A DNA stretch of 64,000 nt. Source: Turneriella sp. GTDB lineage: Bacteria > Spirochaetota > Leptospiria > Turneriellales > Turneriellaceae. Location of the stretch: NCBI GenBank assembly GCA_965279515.1, contig CBDIID010000003.1:3104001-3168000 (forward strand), read 5' to 3'. The notes beneath the pieces are model-generated. The model was not told the DNA's origin, ran no database searches, and saw nothing but the letters and a program-made list of their open reading frames with translations. A program made the position numbers and the translations under genes. Below, piece after piece: positions 56,874 through 64,000 of this stretch (positions within the stretch are counted from its first letter, which is position 1; each line of letters starts with the position of its first letter).

Positions 56874-59579
56874 TCAGCGGCTGAGGAAAACGTCGATGCG
56901 CCGGTTCTTTTGCGCCATCGCGCCGCGCGCATTATAAACCGGGCTCGAATCGCCGAAACCCTGGTAGGCGATGCGTTCGGCGGATATCCCCTTGTCGACC
57001 AGATAGTCATAGACCTTGCGGGCCGCGGCCTCTGTGAGTTTGAGGCTTCTCTCGATACCCGCGCCCGGCGCCGAATGCACCTCGATCTTGATTTTATATT
57101 TGGGGTAACGGCTGAGAAGATTATAAAGCAGGCTGAGCCTCTCGTCACCCGGGTTTTCGATATCGGCATTCGGCAGGCGAATTTGAAATCCGCTGCCGCT
57201 TGCCGGCGCCAGTATGCCTGTCTCGAAACGGCGCGGCGCGGTTGTGGTCGTGTTACCCAGGGCATCCGTTGCGGTCAGCGTGTACTGATAGAGCGTCAGC
57301 GATTCGACGGCAGCGCCGGTGTCACTGCGGCCATCCCAAAAGACTGTGAGTGGGATCTCCCCCTCACCCTGAAACCTGCGCACGGGAATCAGTTTGACTC
57401 CCTTGCTTTCAGGCACGACCTCATCGATGGCCAGCGTATACGACTTAATCTGCGAGAGGTCGGCGGCACTCAGGCGAAAGGCCTGTTCTTCATTTTCGCC
57501 GTCGCCGTCCGGGGTGAATTGCCGCACATTGAGGTCGGCCTGAATCTCGAGCTCGGGTGGAGTGCTATCGAGCAGTATTTTGATCGGCGGCGACTCGGGG
57601 CTGTTGCCGTTTTCATAGCGGCCGCGGAATGCCAGGCAGTAGGTGCCGTCGGGGGCGCGGTTTGCCGAAGCTGCTTCGCCCCGCCAGACAAATGCCAGGG
57701 ATTTATCTTTTTTTGTTTTTTTCTTTTTCTCGTTCGGTTTGAGATCGAGTACGGGAATCTTAAAGATAATATCTTCGGCTTTAGGCGAGCAGGCCTTGCG
57801 GATCAGAATTTCACCGTCGATATAACCATCGGCAAAGGCAACAGAGGGGAAAAGCTCCAATTCAGAAAAGGCCTTCTGCGCCGGGTTAAATCCCATTGCG
57901 GAGCTTTTGAGAAACAGCGCATCGATGCGGCGCGATATATAGAAGTTCGCGCTCAGCGCCTCGCTGCGGTTACCCGCGGCGTCGCGGCCGGTCAGGCGGT
58001 AGCGGTAAACACCCTCTTCGGCGGGTTCGCCATTATCTCTTTTGCCGTCAAAATCGACGCGTGTGGGGGCGTTTTCCGGCCACTGGAAGCTGCGGATTTT
58101 TTCACCCGCGGTATTGAGGACCACCCCCTCATAGCTGTCTGAAGCGGTCGTATCCTGGGTGATCGTTAAGAGGTCGCGCTGGCCATCGCCATTGGGCGAG
58201 ATGAGATCGTCGCTGATTTCTACACTGGCGCCCGGGCGTTTGGTGTCGATGGCGATCTCACCGGTCACGTGCCGGCTTTCGTTGTTCTTCTCATCCATCG
58301 CCCAGAATTCGTAGTTATAGACGCCGTCGGGTAAACTCTCGGTCGAAGCTTCTTCTTCAAAGACCGTATCCTTGACGGGTTTTTTCTTCTGCGCAGTAAT
58401 ACGACCGTTCCAGCTGAAGCGTTCGGGTATATCAGAGCGTCCGCGTGGCGCCATGAAGCTGCGGAAGAACAGCGTGAAGCTGAAATCCTTCTCGCGGATG
58501 CGTTCGTCGCCCTTCTGCTTGTGGACTATATTGCCCTTGGCATCGCGGATACGGAACTCATAGTACACGATCGGGCTCTTATCGGTGACCTTGGCCGTGA
58601 AGGTGATGATGTCGCGCACGCCGTCATTGTCCGGTGAGAAGGATTTCCCCTCGCTCTCAAAGCTCACCTCCGGGGGATCAGAATCAATACCGCCCAGCCT
58701 GACCCCGGCCGTGACGCTGTGGATGTCGCTGCGGGTCGAATTGCCGACGCTCAGGTTATAAAAGAGAAAACTGTCGCCGAATGAGAATGGTACATGGGCG
58801 CCAAGGCCGAGAGACAGGCCATTACCGGTCGCGGAGTAGTTGCTTGTCCCGTAACCGGCCGACAGTAAAAACCAGCGGTACTGCGTCTGTATGCCGACCA
58901 GGATAGGAACGCGGTCGAAACGGTCGCTGCCATAGGTCGAAACAATCGTTGCCCAGTTGAAGTTCGTGCTCTGGTAAAACCCGGTGATAATCCCCACATG
59001 CGCGGCAGGTTTGGCGAGCAGCTCGCTTTCACCGACGGGGATAGCCAGGTTTTGTGTCGTCAGAAAGACCGAAGGCGAATAAATCCCGAAGCCGTCGTTG
59101 TCGCCGAACGCAGTATGCCACTTGCTGTCTATAAGGAGGGAAGGGTTGATGCCGAAGCCAAAGGCCTGCCGGCTGTCGAATGTGGTGTAGCGGGGACTGA
59201 GGCTGAGGCCCGTCGCGACACGTTTAGATAAAAAACCGCCATACGAAAAATTCAGCGCCGCACTTTTGTCATCCGCCTGCAGGTAATCGACGCCAAGGCC
59301 CAGGCCGCCGAAGGGGCTGAAGAGTGCCGTGTCGGCAAAAAAGCCGGTGAGGTTAGAGCCGAAGATGCCGCCCGCGAAAAAAGCGTTCTGCGAACCGTAG
59401 GCGAGCATTGCGGGGTTTACCGCAGTCGCAGCCTGCACAGGAATGTTGTGCGTTACCTGGCCACCGACCGCGGCGTTGAAAGGCCGCAGCGGCAGACTCA
59501 GATAGTTGGCCGTGCGTTCTGCGGCGAGGCTGGTCGCAGCACAAAGTGACATAATAGTGAAGAGGGATATCCGACGCAA
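56874..59579 (-). CDS. Outer-membrane protein with barrel, Ig-like repeats and OmpA-like C-terminus
   Basis: SPDNDG, SPNGDG and TPDGDG repeats, WDG motifs, GFG.S.P..NRRIDV; start approximate. Confidence 0.85.
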   Translation of the reverse strand: MRRISLFTIMSLCAATSLAAERTANYLSLPLRPFNAAVGGQVTHNIPVQAATAVNPAMLAYGSQNAFFAGGIFGSNLTGFFADTALFSPFGGLGLGVDYLQADDKSAALNFSYGGFLSKRVATGLSLSPRYTTFDSRQAFGFGINPSLLIDSKWHTAFGDNDGFGIYSPSVFLTTQNLAIPVGESELLAKPAAHVGIITGFYQSTNFNWATIVSTYGSDRFDRVPILVGIQTQYRWFLLSAGYGTSNYSATGNGLSLGLGAHVPFSFGDSFLFYNLSVGNSTRSDIHSVTAGVRLGGIDSDPPEVSFESEGKSFSPDNDGVRDIITFTAKVTDKSPIVYYEFRIRDAKGNIVHKQKGDERIREKDFSFTLFFRSFMAPRGRSDIPERFSWNGRITAQKKKPVKDTVFEEEASTESLPDGVYNYEFWAMDEKNNESRHVTGEIAIDTKRPGASVEISDDLISPNGDGQRDLLTITQDTTASDSYEGVVLNTAGEKIRSFQWPENAPTRVDFDGKRDNGEPAEEGVYRYRLTGRDAAGNRSEALSANFYISRRIDALFLKSSAMGFNPAQKAFSELELFPSVAFADGYIDGEILIRKACSPKAEDIIFKIPVLDLKPNEKKKKTKKDKSLAFVWRGEAASANRAPDGTYCLAFRGRYENGNSPESPPIKILLDSTPPELEIQADLNVRQFTPDGDGENEEQAFRLSAADLSQIKSYTLAIDEVVPESKGVKLIPVRRFQGEGEIPLTVFWDGRSDTGAAVESLTLYQYTLTATDALGNTTTTAPRRFETGILAPASGSGFQIRLPNADIENPGDERLSLLYNLLSRYPKYKIKIEVHSAPGAGIERSLKLTEAAARKVYDYLVDKGISAERIAYQGFGDSSPVYNARGAMAQKNRRIDVFLSR

Positions 59580-59666
59580 AGGCAAGGCAGCGTAGTAGAA
59601 AAGAAACACATCGGGCAAAGCTAAAATAGTACTACAAAATATGGCCATTTCTCACGAAGATAGAAT

Positions 59667-60233
59667 ATGCAGGATATCGATTTCAGCCGTTATTATCGCC
59701 GCGGCCGCAGGGCGGGAGCATACTCCGCCACAGAGAGTACGGAGTCCCGGGGCACACCCCTCAAAGTGAATAAAATCTCACTGTATCTTGCTATTGCCTT
59801 CTCGTCCCTGGCAATCGGTTTTATCGGCGGCACACAGCTGCAGAAGAGCAAAATGACGCGCGAGATCGAGGGCAAGATCGTGCCTGACAGCATCGCCACT
59901 GCAAACGTCGCGCAGCCCGGAAACGCCGAAGAAGAAAAGGTTTCAGAGAACGTTCACATGACCCGCCCGGACGAAAAGGCGCGTCCCGAAGCGTCGGCAA
60001 AAGAACCGAAGGCAAGCTACCTGATTCTCGCGAAAATCTTCCCCGACGAGAAAGAAGCGTCGCTCGCAGGCCTCAACCTGAAACGCAACGGCCAGAAGGC
60101 ATTTATGGCGCGTAACGGCAAAAAGGTGAAGCTCTATGTCGGCCCGATCGAAGGCAAACCCGAAGCGTATGAGATTTTGGCCAAACTGAAGAAGAATTCC
60201 GACTTTTCGGGAGCTATCCTCTACAAAAAATAG
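59667..60233 (+). CDS. SPOR-domain membrane protein
   Basis: One TM segment; C-terminal KLYVGP. Confidence 0.7.
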   Translation: MQDIDFSRYYRRGRRAGAYSATESTESRGTPLKVNKISLYLAIAFSSLAIGFIGGTQLQKSKMTREIEGKIVPDSIATANVAQPGNAEEEKVSENVHMTRPDEKARPEASAKEPKASYLILAKIFPDEKEASLAGLNLKRNGQKAFMARNGKKVKLYVGPIEGKPEAYEILAKLKKNSDFSGAILYKK

Positions 60234-60236
60234 CGT

Positions 60237-60698
60237 GTGATCCGCGACGCACAGCTTCAAGATGCGGCAGATATCGCCGCGCTACTCAAACCCTACGTCG
60301 AAAAAAAGATCCTGCTCCACCGCTCGCTGGATGAAATCCGCGAGAATGTCGATAAGACCGTCGTCGAGATCGAGGACGGCCGCATCGTCGGCACAACCAG
60401 CCTTGTCTTCTTCTCTGAGACGCTCTGCGAGATCCGCGCTCTGGTAATCTCCGATGCCGTTCAGGGATCAGGAATCGGCCGTCGCCTGGTGCTTGCGGCT
60501 GAAGAGAAGGCGCAGCGCCTGCAGGCGACGCGACCCTTGCGGTTTTTCGCCCTGACCTATACTCCTGAGTTCTTCGAGCGCGTGGGTTACACGCGCACGA
60601 CGAAAGATATGTTTCCTGAAAAAATCTACGAGGTCTGTAACTTCTGTCTGCGCAAAGACGACTGCCACGAGATCGCGGTGCAGAAGATCGTCGCGTGA
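60237..60698 (+). CDS. Short GNAT N-acetylglutamate synthase-like protein
   Basis: LL.RS, EIRAL, GIGRRLV, FALTY..EFF, PEKI..C..C. Confidence 0.8.
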   Translation: MIRDAQLQDAADIAALLKPYVEKKILLHRSLDEIRENVDKTVVEIEDGRIVGTTSLVFFSETLCEIRALVISDAVQGSGIGRRLVLAAEEKAQRLQATRPLRFFALTYTPEFFERVGYTRTTKDMFPEKIYEVCNFCLRKDDCHEIAVQKIVA

Positions 60699-60904
60699 GC
60701 GATCGTTAAAAAAATCCCCGCCGCGATTTTGAAAATTTTTCCGGCAGGTGCCAAAAAAAATCTGAAATCAAAAAACTCCGGTGAGATAATTTTTTCGAGT
60801 AATTGGTTGACGCCTCACGTGTCTCGGTTACGATGTGACATAATTCCTGTCATGAGACATAATACGGTCACAGAAACTGCAGTCGGAAATCAAAAATAAA
60901 ATTC

Positions 60905-62053
60905 ATGGAACTCCTGCGCAAACTTAGACCACTCTTCCTCGTCGCCTTCGCTCTGACGTTTGCGATCTTCGCGACGATTTATATCTTTCGTTTTTTCAAC
61001 CGCGCAAATCTCGAGAAGGCATTGGGCGGCCGTGAGAGCTTCTCGCTGCTCTTCGTCGTCACCTCGGCGCATGACGACAAGAAAGTTCAGGTCGTCTCCG
61101 TCGCCGAGGTTTTCCCTGCGACGCAGCGCATCGGCGTGATTTCGTTCTTCCCTGCGACACGCCTCAAAGACGATGCGTCCAGCCTCGAGGAAATCTATAA
61201 ATCCAAGGGTGTTTCGGGCGTCAGTTCAGCTGTTTCTGAGTTTTTAGGCGAGCGCATCGTCGCTTATGTCAAGGCGCGCGACAATACTTTGGCCCAATTT
61301 GTCGATATTTTGGGCGGAATTGAGTACTTTTTGCCTTCCACGGACCTGTTAAAGGATGAAAACCTGCCGCGCGGCCAGTTTGTGCTCGATGGCAGCCTGG
61401 TTTCCCGCCTGCTGAATCCGCCTGAAAAAAACGAATACACCCCGGCCTTCAAGCTGTTTCGCTACTATTCTCTCTTCCTCAATGCCTGGAACCAGCGCGC
61501 ACGACTCTGGCCCCTGATTAAAGAGGAAAAGGTATTCTCTGTCGCGGTCAAAAACCTCGAAACAAATACATCCGCCTCAGACCTTTTCGCTCTCTGCCAG
61601 CAGTTTGCCACACAGAAGGGCTGGGTGCCGATTCTGCTCGAGATACCCGTGCGCCGGGTAAAAGACGCCTTCCATGTCGACAAAGACTCCGTGGGCATCT
61701 CGATGCGTGCGCTGACGAAACAGCTGACGCAGAAAGAGCATCCCTTTGTGAACGACCCCCCGAAGATGGAAGTCAAGAATGGCACACACGTCGCCAACCT
61801 CGCGCGCACCATGCGCACCGAGCTTTCCCGTAAGGGCGTGCAGATTCTGGAATTTACCAACGCCGACCACAACGACTACGACAAAACTATACTCTTAGGT
61901 ACAAGCGGCAATGCCTTCTACCTCGAAAGCATCGCCCGCATCATGGGCGTACAGAAGTCGTATGCGGCGGTCAACCGCTCGCTCTTTACCGATCTCGTAC
62001 TGGTGCTCGGCAAAGACTACAACAAGCTTAAGGGCGAGGAGGTAATCCGCTAA
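60905..62053 (+). CDS. LCP-like protein with LytR C-terminal domain
   Basis: N-terminal TM, FVDILGG, EVKNGT..NLA, NAD, LVLGKDY. Confidence 0.8.
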   Translation: MELLRKLRPLFLVAFALTFAIFATIYIFRFFNRANLEKALGGRESFSLLFVVTSAHDDKKVQVVSVAEVFPATQRIGVISFFPATRLKDDASSLEEIYKSKGVSGVSSAVSEFLGERIVAYVKARDNTLAQFVDILGGIEYFLPSTDLLKDENLPRGQFVLDGSLVSRLLNPPEKNEYTPAFKLFRYYSLFLNAWNQRARLWPLIKEEKVFSVAVKNLETNTSASDLFALCQQFATQKGWVPILLEIPVRRVKDAFHVDKDSVGISMRALTKQLTQKEHPFVNDPPKMEVKNGTHVANLARTMRTELSRKGVQILEFTNADHNDYDKTILLGTSGNAFYLESIARIMGVQKSYAAVNRSLFTDLVLVLGKDYNKLKGEEVIR

Positions 62054-62616
62054 TGGCAGACGACCTCAAGCAGATTGAGATTCTCACCAAGGCACTCGAC
62101 GCCAAAAAGGGTGGCGATATCACTGTGCTCGACCTCAGGGCGCAATCCTCATACCTGAGCTACTTTGTCATCGTTACCGCGCTCTCTAAGACGCACATCA
62201 AGACCCTCTTTGACGAAGTCCACAAGACCGCCGTTGAGAACGGCATCGAACGCCCGCGCGCGCAGGCACCGCAGTTCGAGAGCGGCTGGGTCACTTACGA
62301 CTTCGGCTTCTATGTCATCCATATCTTTGAAGAAGAAAAACGGAAATTTTATAACCTCGAAGGCATCTGGAAGGGCGCGACGCGCGTTTCTGCCGGTGCC
62401 GTAAGTTCTCATACCTCGGAAAGCGCTCAAACGCCGCGGAAAACTGTCGCCTCAAAAGCGAAAAAAACTGCAGCGAAACCTGAAAGCTTTGCGAAAAAAA
62501 AGACGACAATTAAGAAGAAGACGATTAAGGAGAAAACAATGGCGACAAAGAAAAAACCTGCAAAGAAAAAAGCGGCTAAAAAACCCGCAAAGAAAAAAGC
62601 CGCGAAGAAGAAGTAA
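62053..62616 (+). CDS. rsfS: Ribosome silencing factor with Lys-rich extension
   Basis: KKG.DI.VLDL, YFVIVT, W..YDFG..IHIF..R.FYNLE.IW. Confidence 0.9.
   Translation: MADDLKQIEILTKALDAKKGGDITVLDLRAQSSYLSYFVIVTALSKTHIKTLFDEVHKTAVENGIERPRAQAPQFESGWVTYDFGFYVIHIFEEEKRKFYNLEGIWKGATRVSAGAVSSHTSESAQTPRKTVASKAKKTAAKPESFAKKKTTIKKKTIKEKTMATKKKPAKKKAAKKPAKKKAAKKK
62539..62616 (+). CDS. Putative 25-aa basic histone-like peptide, in frame with rsfS
   Basis: TAAGGAG-N6-ATG then MATKKKPAKKKAAKKPAKKKAAKKK. Confidence 0.55.
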   Translation: MATKKKPAKKKAAKKPAKKKAAKKK

Positions 62617-62651
62617 GCTTCGCGCCTTCCCCACGAGGGGATACATTGGTT

Positions 62652-62698
62652 AAGGGGCCGCAAAGGAACGGAAACGTTCCCGCGATGGCCCCTTTTTT
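62652..62698 (+). terminator. Intrinsic terminator
   Basis: AAGGGGCC..GGAACG-GAAA-CGTTCC..GGCCCCTT followed by a T run. Confidence 0.65.
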
Positions 62699-62984
62699 AT
62701 TGCAGGGTTCTGTTTGTGGGTACCGCGACGCCGGTATCAATCGCACCGAACTGTTCTTCGTAGCGGCGCACGTTTTCCTGGAGAGCCTGGAGCAGGCGTT
62801 TCGCATGCCCTGGGGTTAGAATAATGCGTGAAACCAGCTTGCCGAACGGCGCCGGGTGTTGCTGAATAAAGAGGTAATCGAGGATGAACTCTTCCTTAGC
62901 ATGGCCGATATTGGTGACATTGGCGAACGTACCCTTAAGAATCTCGGGGTCGAGATGGATCTCAATTTTGTTTTCGCCGGCCAT
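62697..62984 (-). CDS. DUF3467 protein
   Basis: GTFAN..I.H..EEFILD..SRIILTP.HAKRL..AL..N. Confidence 0.92.
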   Translation of the reverse strand: MAGENKIEIHLDPEILKGTFANVTNIGHAKEEFILDYLFIQQHPAPFGKLVSRIILTPGHAKRLLQALQENVRRYEEQFGAIDTGVAVPTNRTLQ

Positions 62985-63062
62985 GTTTTGCGGGGGATTC
63001 ATGCCGCTCAAAAAAGACAGGCTTACTGCTTGACAACGACAAAAAAGAAGTATGATAGCGCC

Positions 63063-63617
63063 ATGTTCCAGCGTAAATATCCCGCGGTGATTGCCCTCAG
63101 CGTCTTTACAGCCATCTTTACCCTTTCCTGCTCTGATTATTCCCGCGACCGCTACGATGCGGCGTCACCCGATGAGAGAAGTCCGGCGCGCGATCAATTC
63201 GTTGGCAGCATCTACTTCGGCACCAGCTCATCGGCACTTTCGAAGGCCGCGCTGGCCGATCTGGGGCGCATGGCCAGCCGCATCCAGGAGCGCCGCGGCT
63301 CTACCGGGCGGGTCATCCTCATCGGTTATGCCGATCGCCACCGCGGGGTCGAAGAAAACTCAGAACTCGCAGGTGAACGTGCACAGCGGGTGGCGATAGC
63401 GCTTGAAAAGCGCGGCATCGAGCTCGAGCGTATCGTCATCGACGGCCGCGGAGTGCGCCTGACCCGGCAGCAAGAGGCCGAGCGGCGTGTAGATATCTAT
63501 CTCGAGAACGGCGGTGGCAGCGGACGGCGTCTGAATACGCTTTATCCGGTTCTCATCGGTTTTTTCCTGCTGGTGACTTTTGCGCTTGCTGTGGTGATCT
63601 TCCGCCGCCGGCGCTAA
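63063..63617 (+). CDS. OmpA-family lipoprotein with C-terminal TM helix
   Basis: TLSC lipobox; IYF, IGYAD, N.ELA.ERA, RRVDI. Confidence 0.85.
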   Translation: MFQRKYPAVIALSVFTAIFTLSCSDYSRDRYDAASPDERSPARDQFVGSIYFGTSSSALSKAALADLGRMASRIQERRGSTGRVILIGYADRHRGVEENSELAGERAQRVAIALEKRGIELERIVIDGRGVRLTRQQEAERRVDIYLENGGGSGRRLNTLYPVLIGFFLLVTFALAVVIFRRRR

Positions 63618-63619
63618 GC

Positions 63620-64000
63620 TTAGGCAGCTTTGAAAAGCTGATCGACGATTTCTTTCGCGCGCGCGAGAAAGGCTTCTTCTTCGGCGCGTGTAAAAGGGCC
63701 CCAGACGCCCTTTTGCATGCGTTTAACCAGTTCCACGTATTCAAGCGAACCCGCCACCGTTAGCGCTGTCCGCGCCTTATTTTCAAAGATCTTGATCGAT
63801 GAGCCGTCGGGTGTGACCAAGGCCCGCGGAGGTATCTTGGTACCACCGCGAATCATGCAGCCTGCAGTAATCATTGCACCGTCGCCGATTTCAGCATCGT
63901 CCAGAATGATACTGCCGATACCAATCAGCACCGCGCGGCCGATTTTGCAGCCGTGCAGCATTGCATTGTGTCCGACGAGCGTATAGTCGCCGATCGTGAC
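63620..64000 (-). CDS. Gamma carbonic anhydrase family protein (5' truncated)
   Basis: VGHNAMLHGC.IG..LIG hexapeptide repeats. Confidence 0.88.
   Translation of the reverse strand, partial: VTIGDYTLVGHNAMLHGCKIGRAVLIGIGSIILDDAEIGDGAMITAGCMIRGGTKIPPRALVTPDGSSIKIFENKARTALTVAGSLEYVELVKRMQKGVWGPFTRAEEEAFLARAKEIVDQLFKAA

Noticed and set aside
56802..58142. 446-aa plus-strand ORF
   Set aside because: Antisense shadow of the OmpA-like gene with no recognisable motifs.
60700..60900. Possible ncRNA or operator (GACATAAT direct repeat) upstream of the LCP-like gene
   Set aside because: No convincing structure; consistent with an ordinary promoter region.

Overview
This is a bacterial chromosomal window. 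The gene content (DUF1577-like protein, OmpA/Ig-fold protein, spirochaete-type lipoproteins) suggests Leptospiraceae, possibly Turneriella-like; this is inference. Most of it is core or metabolic genes: rarA, nuoD, murE, ligA, carB, cheA, rsfS, an ion channel and signalling proteins. The standout is an AT-richer ~8.2 kb region (about 6040-14220) of short, co-oriented, unrelated genes. These include a class III cyclase-like protein, TPR, GNAT, a lipoprotein, and the YefM-YoeB and BrnT-BrnA toxin-antitoxin pairs. The genes are separated by ten copies (eight full, two half) of a ~50-bp G-rich direct repeat, consensus GATCGTAGTTTACCGGCCACGGGGTGTGGGCGCGGGTGGAATTGGCGGGGGAG. The repeat does not look like a canonical attC or a CRISPR repeat. 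On the minus strand it is the upstream region and first codons of a small adjacent gene (5861-6061). The array looks like an integron-like cassette system built by repeated insertion at that gene's 5' end, with no recombinase in the window. Other points of interest are a CavMr-like channel filter, an in-frame histone-like peptide at the end of rsfS, a CheA-CheC-like fusion, two genes apparently lacking canonical starts, a kinase pseudogene and REP-like palindromes. All product calls come from motif recognition; no searches were run.
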